NCBI GenBank assembly: GCA_026395295.1
Contig: JAPLYZ010000010.1
Coordinates: forward strand, 5,678 to 69,677
Direction: 5' to 3'
Source: Candidatus Staskawiczbacteria bacterium
GTDB taxonomy: Bacteria; Patescibacteriota; Minisyncoccia; Minisyncoccales; Staskawiczbacteraceae
Length of the DNA: 64,000 nt
Made by a program: the position numbers and the translations under genes. Of the stretch, positions 48,051 through 57,621 are shown in pieces; positions within the stretch are counted from its first letter, which is position 1; every line of letters starts with the position of its first letter. The notes under the pieces are model-generated. The model was not told the origin of the DNA and searched no databases. It worked only from the letters and a program-made list of their open reading frames with translations.

Positions 48051-48704
48051 TTATTTTACTATTAAATCTATTAAAAACGAATCTATTTTCCCGGAGGAAA
48101 GATTGTTGCCAGTGTTGTCTTTTCCTGTTTCAACCTTTATTTTCAATCCTGTTGATTCCTTGGAAACTTCGTAAATTTTCACGCAAGGCGTGGGATCGAA
48201 TGCCGGTTTTAACAGCGTTCCGCACATGTCAGGGTTTGGAAGCCACGGGCTTATTGTATACCCCTCAACCGGAACAAAATTCCTGCCTTTAGAGTCAACA
48301 ATATTTTCTATTGTCCATGAGTTTGGTTCTGTGTTTTTTGTGCCCTGGTTTTGCGCTCCAACTGTAACCTGAATAAATTTAGCTCCTGTATTAGATACTG
48401 TCAGATTTTTTTGTGTAGAATATTGATTGCTTACAATTTCAGACGCTTTTAAAACTGTTCCTCTGTCTATGGCTGATTCAAAAACAAATCTGATGTTTCC
48501 CAAGGTTTGCTCGTAGACCGGTTCCACTACAGTTGTTGTTGGGGGTGTAACTGGTTTTGGCGGTTTTTCAGCCATTTTTACTATTAAAAAAGTAATTACC
48601 ACGGCAACCAAAATGACCACCGCTAAAACTAACAGCAATCTTGACGCCTGACCCACCTCCGCCGAGCTTCGGCGAGGCAAGCCTGACTGTTTATTTATTA
48701 CCAT
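48051..48704 (-). CDS. Membrane-anchored hypothetical protein with a palindromic insert at its N-terminus
   Basis: TM followed by a beta-rich domain. Confidence 0.65.
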   Translation of the reverse strand: MVINKQSGLPRRSSAEVGQASRLLLVLAVVILVAVVITFLIVKMAEKPPKPVTPPTTTVVEPVYEQTLGNIRFVFESAIDRGTVLKASEIVSNQYSTQKNLTVSNTGAKFIQVTVGAQNQGTKNTEPNSWTIENIVDSKGRNFVPVEGYTISPWLPNPDMCGTLLKPAFDPTPCVKIYEVSKESTGLKIKVETGKDNTGNNLSSGKIDSFLIDLIVK

Positions 48705-48745
48705 ATTTTTTTATATTTAATAATATTATTTCATTTTACCACAAT

Positions 48746-50005
48746 CTATTCGTACCGCAAGGCTTCAATGGGGTCTAGCTTTGCCGCAGACCTTGCCGGC
48801 ATAACTCCGAAAGATATTCCAATGGCAGCTGAAACCCCAACCGCAATTATAATAGAATACAACGGCACTGAAAAAATCCATGCCAGCCCGTTATAACTTG
48901 CTATTAAAGAAACCAACCAGCTCATAACAGAACCCAAGATAATTCCAAGTATTCCGCCCAAGACTGTAACCAAAATTGATTCCACCAAAAATTCTCTTGA
49001 AATATCAGAACTTCTTGCGCCCAACGCTTTTTTTAGGCCAATCTCAGCTGTCCTCTCGGTAACAACCACATACATAATATTCATTATGCCAACTCCACCC
49101 ACAATAAGCGAAATTGACGCAATGGCAATCAACAAAATGGTAATGCCATTAAAAATTGTGTTGAAGGTTTCCAAAGCTTGCGCTTGAGTGGTTACCATAA
49201 AATCATCTTTATTTGGGTTTGTAATGCTGTGGAGACTTCTCATGGTACTGCGGATTAATTCTGCTGTGGCGTCGCCCAGGTTTGTGTCTTTCAACTGCAC
49301 AACGCCGATGGTTATATAATTGACTCCCAGCATTTTTTTCTGAGCCGTGACAAGTGGCATATATAAACTGTCGTCAGCCCCTCCTGCGGAAAAAGATCCT
49401 TGCGCATTATAAACCCCTATAACCTGGAAATTTAAATTTCCAACTCTTATCAACTTCCCCACTGGCTCATCCTGCCCGAATAAGTCGTTGGCTAAATTGC
49501 TTCCCAAAATTGCCACCTGGACTGCCCCGGCATCTTCTGTCTGCGTAAAAAATCTGCCTTTTTTCAAGGTGTGTTTATCAATAGAAAACATATCAGCTCC
49601 AACTCCAAAATAAATAGAGTTTTTAGCGTTATTCCTGTAATTTACCACCGAAAGACCGGTAACCATGCCATAGGCTCCGGAAACATTATTTAATTTTTTG
49701 AGCGCAGTCAGGTCGGATAATTTGAATGTTGTAATCTGCACAGTAGAAGCCGCCCTGCTAAGGTCGGCTGATGCCGGGTTGTTATTGGCTAAATTCTTTG
49801 TTGTAGGAGGAACTTTTGTTTCCACAAAAAGGGTGTCTGTTCCCCACGCCGCCAGTTCGGCGTCTATCAAGCTTCTAAAACCTGCGCCGGCGGACAAAAC
49901 CGTAATCACTGTTGCAATTCCAATGACAATTCCCAGAGTCGTTAAAACCGTCCTTATAGGGTTGGACTTTAACGCTCTTATCGATTGCTGAAAAGAATTA
50001 ACCAT
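48746..50005 (-). CDS. MacB/FtsX-family ABC permease
   Basis: GGVGIMNIM..VVTERT.EIGL.KALGA, LDPIEALRYE. Confidence 0.92.
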   Translation of the reverse strand: MVNSFQQSIRALKSNPIRTVLTTLGIVIGIATVITVLSAGAGFRSLIDAELAAWGTDTLFVETKVPPTTKNLANNNPASADLSRAASTVQITTFKLSDLTALKKLNNVSGAYGMVTGLSVVNYRNNAKNSIYFGVGADMFSIDKHTLKKGRFFTQTEDAGAVQVAILGSNLANDLFGQDEPVGKLIRVGNLNFQVIGVYNAQGSFSAGGADDSLYMPLVTAQKKMLGVNYITIGVVQLKDTNLGDATAELIRSTMRSLHSITNPNKDDFMVTTQAQALETFNTIFNGITILLIAIASISLIVGGVGIMNIMYVVVTERTAEIGLKKALGARSSDISREFLVESILVTVLGGILGIILGSVMSWLVSLIASYNGLAWIFSVPLYSIIIAVGVSAAIGISFGVMPARSAAKLDPIEALRYE

Positions 50006-50015
50006 GATTTTATAA

Positions 50016-51287
50016 CTATTCGTAGCGAAGCGCGTCGATTGGGTTTAATTTTGACGCTTTTAAGGCCGGGTACAGGCCAAAAATAACGCCTGTTAAAATT
50101 GATACGCCAACAGCCAACAGAACAGAGGTTATAGAAACTACGAATGCCCAGTCATATCCCAAATAACGCATCAACAGGGTTATAAGATAAGAAATTAAAA
50201 TTCCCACAATAATTCCGACAATTCCGCCCAGAAAAGTCAGAGTCCCGGCTTCCAGCAAAAATTGCTTCATAATTGCCACATTGCTGGCTCCGACCGCTTT
50301 TCTTAAACCAATTTCTCTGGTGCGCTCAGCCACTGTTGCCAACATAATATTCAAAATTCCGATTCCCCCAACCACCAAGGCAATCGCGGCCATGGCAGTT
50401 AAAAATAATCTTAAAGCATCGGTTATTGTGCTTAAAATGCTGATTGCGTCGGCAATATTTCTTACCGTATAATCAGCGTCAACATCTTTTTGGATACGGT
50501 GGCGTTGATTTATTACATTTTTTACATCGGCAATTGTCTGATCTATGTTGTTTGACGAATCTACCTTTATGTCTATTCCACGCAAATAATGAATTCCAAG
50601 AATTTGTTGTTGGCCAATTGTCAGAGGTAAATAAACTTGGTCATCAAAATCCAAAAAAATAGCGCTGCCCTTTTTTTCCATAACTCCTATAACACGCAAA
50701 GGAATTCCGCCGGCTTGTTCTTGCGAAGCGCTTCTGACTTTTACAACCTGGCCAATGGGGTCAACTCCTGTATTGTTGAATATTTCCGAGGCAACAGTGT
50801 CCCCCAAAATCACAACATTAGCCGCCCCTTCGCCCTGCCTTTGGCTGAAAAATTGTCCGTTTTTTATAGAAGTATTTAAAACATTGGGAAAATTATAATC
50901 TGTGCCAATGAAATTTGTGTCTACTGTTTTGTTTTGCCAGGTCACAGAAACAGACCCCATAACTAAACTCGCCACTGCCTCGGCGTGCGGAACCTGGTTT
51001 TTATTTCTTAGGGCTTCTGCGTCTTCATTGACCAGGGTTGTGATTGTAATTCCAAATGCCTGCGCCGGAGGCCCCTTCTCGTTGCTCTTACCGGGTTGGA
51101 CAGACAAAAGATTAGAACCCAATTTTGTTATTTGCCCCAAAATCATGCTTTGCGCCCCTGCTCCCAAAGCAATTATAGTTATCACTCCGGCAACTCCAAT
51201 AACAATTCCCAGAATAGTCAAAAACGACCTGCCTTTCCTGGCAAGCAATGTCCTAAAAACTAATTTTATGGTTCCCAAAAAATCCAT
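50016..51287 (-). CDS. MacB/FtsX-family ABC permease
   Basis: GGIGILNIML..VAERTREIGLRKAVGA, LNPIDALRYE. Confidence 0.92.
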   Translation of the reverse strand: MDFLGTIKLVFRTLLARKGRSFLTILGIVIGVAGVITIIALGAGAQSMILGQITKLGSNLLSVQPGKSNEKGPPAQAFGITITTLVNEDAEALRNKNQVPHAEAVASLVMGSVSVTWQNKTVDTNFIGTDYNFPNVLNTSIKNGQFFSQRQGEGAANVVILGDTVASEIFNNTGVDPIGQVVKVRSASQEQAGGIPLRVIGVMEKKGSAIFLDFDDQVYLPLTIGQQQILGIHYLRGIDIKVDSSNNIDQTIADVKNVINQRHRIQKDVDADYTVRNIADAISILSTITDALRLFLTAMAAIALVVGGIGILNIMLATVAERTREIGLRKAVGASNVAIMKQFLLEAGTLTFLGGIVGIIVGILISYLITLLMRYLGYDWAFVVSITSVLLAVGVSILTGVIFGLYPALKASKLNPIDALRYE

Positions 51288-51305
51288 AATTGTCGCACAA
51301 TGGAA

Positions 51306-52022
51306 TTATTTTACCAAATCTTTTTCGGCGCTGGCAATAGTACGTTTTATCACCTTTTCATCGGAAATAATTTGGCCGTCTTTTATGCGGATAATTCTTT
51401 TGGCGTGGTTTGCTGTGTCGGTTTCGTGAGTGACCAAAATAATTGTGTGGCCCTGGTTGTTCAATTTCTGTAAGATATGCATTACTATATTTCCAGATTT
51501 TGAATCCAGGTTTCCGGTTGGCTCGTCGGCAAAAATTACAGCCGGATTGTTAACCAAAGCCCTTGCAATTGCCACGCGCTGTTTTTCTCCTCCGGAAATT
51601 TGGTTTGTAAAATATTCAAGGCGATGCGACATTCCAACCGACTCTAAAGCTTTTTCCGCCAGTTTGTCAAAATCTTTATTTTTACTGTAAACCAACGGCA
51701 ATTTTACATTGTCTAAAACAGTTGTGCGAGCCAGTAAGTTAAAAGATTGAAAGACAAAACCAACTCTTTCGTTTCTTAACTTTGCCAAATAGTCGTCATC
51801 AAAATTTTTTGTGTCTTTTCCTTCAAAGTTATACAAGCCGGAAGTCGGTCGGTCTAAAAAACTTAGAATGTGCATTAAGGTTGATTTGCCAGATCCCGAC
51901 GGTCCCATAATTGCCACAAATTCTCCTTCGTTTATCTTAAACCTGACGCTTCGCAAAACCTGCGTGACAACATCGTCATTAACATAATCTTTTTTTAAAT
52001 TTTCGACTTCAATAAGCGCCAT
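51306..52022 (-). CDS. ABC transporter ATP-binding protein
   Basis: [27 protein letters not shown]. Confidence 0.95.
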   Translation of the reverse strand: MALIEVENLKKDYVNDDVVTQVLRSVRFKINEGEFVAIMGPSGSGKSTLMHILSFLDRPTSGLYNFEGKDTKNFDDDYLAKLRNERVGFVFQSFNLLARTTVLDNVKLPLVYSKNKDFDKLAEKALESVGMSHRLEYFTNQISGGEKQRVAIARALVNNPAVIFADEPTGNLDSKSGNIVMHILQKLNNQGHTIILVTHETDTANHAKRIIRIKDGQIISDEKVIKRTIASAEKDLVK

Positions 52023-52032
52023 GGTTATATTT

Positions 52033-53559
52033 TTATGGTTTAATGTATGTTACAATTTCTTGGCCGTCTTTTAATCCTGAAACAATTTCCACCAACCCTC
52101 CGTCTGCCTGAATTCCAGTTTGAACCTGAACCTCGTGATATATTTTCATTTTTTCATTATCTATAACCCTGACATACTGCTTGTTATTTTTATTTATTAT
52201 TGCGGTTGACGGCACAGCCAGAATGTTATTTTTTTGGGAAATCAGAATTGTCATATTGGCCGTCATACCCGGTTTAATTCCAGGGACATTGTCAAAGCTT
52301 CCCTTAACTAAATAATCAACAACTCCGGAAATTACGGTTGAGGCAGGGTTTATTGTAAGCACTTTTCCGGAAAAATGCTGATCTGGCCCAAGCGCATCAA
52401 AAGTATAATCAATTGACTGGCCTATTTGCAAAGACGCCACGTTGGCCTCGCTGACATCGGCTTCTGTGTGCAAATTTCCAATATCTTGCAAGACAACCGC
52501 AACTTTTGTCGGGGTTGCCTGCTCGCCAACTTTTATATTAACCTGCGTAATTGTCCCGGGCAATGGAGCTGTTATTACTGAATTATTCAAAATAACCTGG
52601 GCCGAATCAACCTGACCTTGAGCAGAAAGCACTTGCGCTCCTGCCAAGTCAATGTCTTCCTGCCTGGGCTTTGCTTTCTTAGCTGACAAATTATCCTTTG
52701 CTGTTTGAAGCGCTACTTTATAAGAAGCAATACTGCTTTGTAAGCTATTAATACTTGTTAGGGCCGCGCTAACCGCGGTTTTTTGTGCGTCTAAAGATGC
52801 CTTATCGGTTACAGAAACTTTGGAATAGTAAATTCCCTGGTCGCACTGGTCTCGTATAATTTGAAGCGAACCAAAAGTAGAATTTAAATCATCTGCTAAA
52901 TTAGAGATTGCCGAGTCGGTGGTGTTAGCATCAGTCGCCCGGCTTACGCTGGATTCTGCGTTTGCCAGCTTATCGTTTATATTATTTTTATTATTCTGAA
53001 CTCTAATGCTTTGCTGATCGCTTGTTGAAAAATTACTATTTTGCACACTCACTACCGAAGCATAGGCATTGTAAACCGCTGTGTAGGCGCTGTTCAAAAC
53101 GCTCTGCGCGCTGTTATATGTGTTGCCCAAATTAACCTCGGCAGATGCCACGGCATTCTGCAAAACTTGTACCTCATTTTGAGTAGGACCATTTATCAGC
53201 TTTTCGTAATTTGCTTTGGCTTGGGCCAATGTTCCTTGTGCCGAAGTTAAAGAAGCAAGCGCAGAAGACTGGTCAAGCGACGCCAAAACTTGTCCCTGTT
53301 TCACGCTGTCCCCTTCAGTAACTAAAACTCTTTTAATAATTCCGCTCCCTTGAAAACTTAAATCAAGATCAGTGGCGCTGACAACCTGCCCTGTAGACAA
53401 AACTGTTTCCTGCAAATTTTGTTTTGTTGCAAACCCGGTTTGTATGGAATTGGCGTTATTTTTTTGGCCGAAAACAAAAAAACCAATTATAATTATAATT
53501 ATCAAAATCGCAATGATCCAGATATTTCTTTTCCTCTTCAAAAATTTTGGTAACTTCAT
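52033..53559 (-). CDS. Efflux periplasmic adaptor (MacA/HlyD family)
   Basis: V.EGDSVKQGQVL, ITAPLPG, IKPGMTA, VEIVSGL. Confidence 0.88.
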   Translation of the reverse strand: MKLPKFLKRKRNIWIIAILIIIIIIGFFVFGQKNNANSIQTGFATKQNLQETVLSTGQVVSATDLDLSFQGSGIIKRVLVTEGDSVKQGQVLASLDQSSALASLTSAQGTLAQAKANYEKLINGPTQNEVQVLQNAVASAEVNLGNTYNSAQSVLNSAYTAVYNAYASVVSVQNSNFSTSDQQSIRVQNNKNNINDKLANAESSVSRATDANTTDSAISNLADDLNSTFGSLQIIRDQCDQGIYYSKVSVTDKASLDAQKTAVSAALTSINSLQSSIASYKVALQTAKDNLSAKKAKPRQEDIDLAGAQVLSAQGQVDSAQVILNNSVITAPLPGTITQVNIKVGEQATPTKVAVVLQDIGNLHTEADVSEANVASLQIGQSIDYTFDALGPDQHFSGKVLTINPASTVISGVVDYLVKGSFDNVPGIKPGMTANMTILISQKNNILAVPSTAIINKNNKQYVRVIDNEKMKIYHEVQVQTGIQADGGLVEIVSGLKDGQEIVTYIKP

Positions 53560-53570
53560 AAATTTTTATA

Positions 53571-53679
53571 AGCGAGGAAAATAATTTTTAGCGTATTACA
53601 GGACGCGAAGCGCCTGTCGAAGCGAGTTTCCCCGCCTTGGCGGGGACACGAGCGTTAGCAGAAAATTATTTTCCGAGCG
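53571..53679 (-). repeat. 109-bp structured repeat, copy 2
   Basis: Reverse complement matches 23368-23473 with compensatory hairpin changes. Confidence 0.92.
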
Positions 53680-53681
53680 AT

Positions 53682-54371
53682 TTAATTAAATTTTTTAGCT
53701 CCATCTAACCATTTTTTAAATAAGCAATCTTGGCTGTGCTCAGGCGGAGTCGGCTCTCTTAAACATTTGACTGCATCCTGAAAAATTGCGTAAATGTCTG
53801 ACGGGTTGGTTTCTATCTCCACTATTTCTTTGCGAAACGGCAGGCGGTCAATGAATCCCCTGCTCTTGTCTACGATATAAAAAGCCAAATAGCCTTTCCG
53901 CGGAGTTTTATAACCGTTCTTCTCCATTAAAAATGTGTAAGTGTCTAACTGCAACTGGAATCTGTCATAAACATTTGCCGCGGTGCTTCCTGTTGATTTA
54001 TAGTCTAACGGAGCAATTTTAGAATCGCTGAATTCCAAAACATCATCAACCGCGCCAAATAACGTTGCTTGAAGAACCTCGTCAAAATATCTGATGCCGG
54101 CAAGATTGTTTCTCCATTGGTTCAACAACTTCTGATTTGGAAAAAGTCGCGCCTTTATGCCATTTTCTTTCAGCAACGGATGCGGTAAATTCTTCGCCCG
54201 GTAAGTGTCAAACTCTTCTTTTAGCAAACTGTCCACCGCCGAGTTCAAAGCATAAGGGTATGGCGGAGGCCTTTTTATTCCCAAATTCTTATCCAGCCAA
54301 AAGCAATGCGGACATTCCAAAAACAAATTCAGAGAGTTGGGTGATAATTGTATTGGTTTTTCGTTAGCCAT
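53682..54371 (-). CDS. PD-(D/E)XK nuclease (RecB/Cas4-like)
   Basis: LSP..L..F.ECP.CFW, GAVDD, LDYKST, QLDTY, C-terminal C. Confidence 0.8.
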   Translation of the reverse strand: MANEKPIQLSPNSLNLFLECPHCFWLDKNLGIKRPPPYPYALNSAVDSLLKEEFDTYRAKNLPHPLLKENGIKARLFPNQKLLNQWRNNLAGIRYFDEVLQATLFGAVDDVLEFSDSKIAPLDYKSTGSTAANVYDRFQLQLDTYTFLMEKNGYKTPRKGYLAFYIVDKSRGFIDRLPFRKEIVEIETNPSDIYAIFQDAVKCLREPTPPEHSQDCLFKKWLDGAKKFN

Positions 54372-54452
54372 ATTCTATTATATCAAATTTTTAGAATAAA
54401 AAAAGTCCCGACAGTTCACACTGTGGGACATTTAAATATCCAAGGCAGCAGG

Positions 54453-55793
54453 CTAGCTGAGCGGAATCACATTGACCGCGCGCTCTTCCTGTTTCAGTCG
54501 CAACACGGCATATAGCGCAGGATTCCTGCCGGCAAGGATTTTCAGCGCGGCCAAAACAGCGAGCTTTGGATCAGCAACAACCATCAGAGGAACTTCGCTG
54601 GGCATGCGTAACGACGAGCTTGCATCCGCCGGATCAGGAATAGTGCTTATCACCGGCACCATGCTGTTCGCCGCACACGTTGGTCCCAAACCATTACTCC
54701 TGCCAACGTTTGTCACGATGACCGGGTCAGGCAGAGGCTTGGAATCACTCAAGCCTTTGCAACCAAACTCCAAATCCTGCAGCGTTAACAACGACTGCAT
54801 CGGCTTCTTGTGCGCAGAATTGACCAAGAAAGCTATTTGTACGCCATGCCGCCCCTGGGCGAAAGCCGAAAAAGCAGTCGCAAAAACTTCTGTATTGTCA
54901 TTGGGCGAACCGCTCCAAATAACCAGCGTTTGGTTGGGAATCCGAAAAAATCCGGTGAGAACCGCCGTCCGGCGAAGGATTTGTTCCATAACGGTAAGCC
55001 CTTCGTTCTCGCGATAAGCTTGCTTGGACAACTTCTGCCCGTCCTTCATCACACGCCACGAATCGGCATCAATGACATCACCGATGTATAGCTTGCCGTC
55101 AAGCCAGCCAAACTCAATCTTCCAGTCCAACAGATCGTAGCCAAGGATTTTCCACGCTTTCTCCACGACCAAAAATGCGTGAACGTTCATCGTGGCCATG
55201 CCCGCCATGACTTCCTTCCCGTTACCTCGCGGAAAAATCTCGGTGAGCAGGATCTTCAAAAACGGCTCTTGCGTCGCCAACGGAATGTGCGCGTTATAGA
55301 GCCATACCTCGCCGCCCACGACTTTCATATACGGGTCGTCGTAAGACTCACCGGGCTTGCTTCCCGGGAACTTGTGGCCGTTGAACCCGCAACCGTGAGT
55401 CTTCAGGTAAAATTCCGTCACAATGCTCGGAAATACCGTGCCGTTGGGAACGTGTGGGTTCCGTTGAAGGTAGGAGCCAGTCGCGACACGGCGCGCTACA
55501 ACTTCCAGTGGAAGCATTTCCAAACTCGGCGCCAAAAATTCTTTGGGACCGAGCTGTCTCGCGAATGCGACTGGCAAGCCGCATTGCTTGAGCAACGAGA
55601 AAACGTTGCAGGTAGTTGTGGTGGACAGCGCGGCTTTACCCTTGATAACATCGTGCTTTTCTCCATCGCCGGCCGTGATGTCATCCTTAGATTCTACGGC
55701 AACCATGTTCGGCGATTCAAGAACCTGCCAAATTATCTTGGTTTTGCCCTCTCCGAGCTGACTGCCCTTAGTGACTGTGTCTGATGTTGTCAT
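54453..55793 (-). CDS. purC: Fused SAICAR synthetase-AIR carboxylase (PurC-PurE, PAICS-like)
   Basis: EGKTK, KDDITAGDG, PLEVVARR.ATGS, D.KIEFG, DVIDADSWR; C-terminal GS.ND, SAHK, GRSNGLG, SSLRMPS. Confidence 0.85.
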   Translation of the reverse strand: MTTSDTVTKGSQLGEGKTKIIWQVLESPNMVAVESKDDITAGDGEKHDVIKGKAALSTTTTCNVFSLLKQCGLPVAFARQLGPKEFLAPSLEMLPLEVVARRVATGSYLQRNPHVPNGTVFPSIVTEFYLKTHGCGFNGHKFPGSKPGESYDDPYMKVVGGEVWLYNAHIPLATQEPFLKILLTEIFPRGNGKEVMAGMATMNVHAFLVVEKAWKILGYDLLDWKIEFGWLDGKLYIGDVIDADSWRVMKDGQKLSKQAYRENEGLTVMEQILRRTAVLTGFFRIPNQTLVIWSGSPNDNTEVFATAFSAFAQGRHGVQIAFLVNSAHKKPMQSLLTLQDLEFGCKGLSDSKPLPDPVIVTNVGRSNGLGPTCAANSMVPVISTIPDPADASSSLRMPSEVPLMVVADPKLAVLAALKILAGRNPALYAVLRLKQEERAVNVIPLS

Positions 55794-55880
55794 ACTGATT
55801 ATTACCTTCTTAATCGGCTCTACTGAGCCTTGTTTTCAACGAGCGTATCGCGATGCCTTGAAAAGGCACCTGATTATACA

Positions 55881-55909
55881 AGACTACAAAAATTTGCAAT
55901 TTCTGTCAA
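55881..55909 (-). promoter_or_regulatory. sigma70 promoter of purC-purE
   Basis: TTGACA-N17-TAGTCT. Confidence 0.6.
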
Positions 55910-56020
55910 CTTACTTGTCGCACAATAAAATACTCCTACCCTCCGACGCGTAGGAGCAAGGTATCGAGCAATAAAAAAGTCTTGCCGGTAAAACCAGCAA
56001 GACCTGCGTGCCAAAAGCAA

Positions 56021-57526
56021 CTACACTTTCGGAGGCGCTTCTCGAAAAAGAAGGACATGGTCGAAGAGAAAATCTTCGTTCCGAAGGCGATCCTCAACCG
56101 AGAAAACTCCTCGCCATTCGTTATCTTTTATCCCGGGGATGGCGAACAATTTCCTCAAGGCTCCATTCCATTTATCAACTTCCTCCTGCGTAGCATCAAG
56201 CTCCGGAACAACCGACAAGCTTGCGTTTGCAATAATTGCATCAATGGAACAGCGAATTGCGCTGTCTCCGAAAACACGCTCAATAAGCTCACGAGCTTCT
56301 TTTAAGGTTGCCGGTGGTTCCTTTCTGGCGTCCATTGCTGTCTTTGACGGATGGAACGCGTTGAACGAAGCAAGTTGCACAATGCGATAGGTCTCTTCCG
56401 CGCTAATGCCGTACGCAACCAAACGCGGTCTCAAAAAATTTTTCGCAGTGGCAGCCGCCCATGTTCCTTTGGTGTCCAGAATATCTTGAATCATGTTGTC
56501 TGGATAAACACGCAGACCCCCAATAACTTTTACGCAGACGGTTAGAGACCGCATTACCACATGGAAAAGATCTGGCCAAGCAACCCGCTCAACGCTGGAC
56601 TGTTCAATCGCCCTTTCTTCCCATGTACTGATATTCTGCATAATCATCGTCAAATATCCCAAAGCCATTCTTTCCATTCCCTCCAATTGCTCGCAGGAAA
56701 TGGTGTTCTTCTTGTGTGGCATCGCAGAGGAACCCTTCTGACTTTTACCGAAAGGCTCTTGGTAAATGGGACGCGGAGACCTTGCACCCAAACGGATGTC
56801 TACCCCAATCTTGGAAATAGCCACGACCAATGTTGCCAAAGCCGATGCCAATGGCACGTGGATCTGCCGGGGCAGAATCTGTGTTGCCCCAAAAAATGGC
56901 TTGAACCCCAGAAGAGCCAAAGCTTTCTCTTCTATTTCCGGAGTAATTTCGCCGTAGTTTCCCACGGCTCCGGAAAGCTTGGACATGTTTAGCCTCGCTG
57001 CTTCGTCCCTAACTCTGTTGCGGGCGAGAAAAATCTCCCTGTGCCACGTTAGACACCTCTTGCCGAATGTTTGGACTTCCGCGTGCTGACCGTGAGTAAT
57101 TGCCATCATCGGACAACGCCGGTATTTCAGGGCCAGCGTTGACAAAGCTTCCAGCAATTGCGTGCATTCTCCAACAACAATGTTTGCTGAATATTTGAGA
57201 AGCATAAGAAAGGCTGTTTCTTCCGTGTCGTAGGATGTCATTCCATCGTGGAAATGCCCCTGAAGTTCCGACGGCAAGAGTCTCACCCTTTCTTCAACCC
57301 ATGCCTGCAAATCATGGCCGATCTTTTCTTCCCGCTCTTTCCACCATTCTAAATAAACCTGAGTTGACCCCAGTATTCTGTTCACCTCCATAAAAACTGT
57401 TGGAGGAATAATGCCAAGCAGAGACCGCGCTTCAACCACAGCCAACTCCACTTTCTGCCAGGCATCAAGTTTTGTCCTGTCTTCCCAGATTTGAGCGATT
57501 ACTTTACTTCTATATCTTTCTATCAT
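56021..57526 (-). CDS. purB: Adenylosuccinate lyase
   Basis: MIERY, H.GMTSYD, THGQHAE, SGAVGNY, GSSAMPHKKN. Confidence 0.92.
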   Translation of the reverse strand: MIERYRSKVIAQIWEDRTKLDAWQKVELAVVEARSLLGIIPPTVFMEVNRILGSTQVYLEWWKEREEKIGHDLQAWVEERVRLLPSELQGHFHDGMTSYDTEETAFLMLLKYSANIVVGECTQLLEALSTLALKYRRCPMMAITHGQHAEVQTFGKRCLTWHREIFLARNRVRDEAARLNMSKLSGAVGNYGEITPEIEEKALALLGFKPFFGATQILPRQIHVPLASALATLVVAISKIGVDIRLGARSPRPIYQEPFGKSQKGSSAMPHKKNTISCEQLEGMERMALGYLTMIMQNISTWEERAIEQSSVERVAWPDLFHVVMRSLTVCVKVIGGLRVYPDNMIQDILDTKGTWAAATAKNFLRPRLVAYGISAEETYRIVQLASFNAFHPSKTAMDARKEPPATLKEARELIERVFGDSAIRCSIDAIIANASLSVVPELDATQEEVDKWNGALRKLFAIPGIKDNEWRGVFSVEDRLRNEDFLFDHVLLFREAPPKV

Positions 57527-57621
57527 ATTACAAGTGTCCTTCCATATTGTTAAATGTTGACAAAGTGCCGAAAACCCAAACTCGGGTTTGTAAGGTTATA
57601 TTACTAATTTTAAAAGTCTGG

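Noticed and set aside
53682..54371. Cas4/CRISPR system
   Set aside because: No repeat-spacer array or other cas genes; the dispersed repeats are not regularly spaced.
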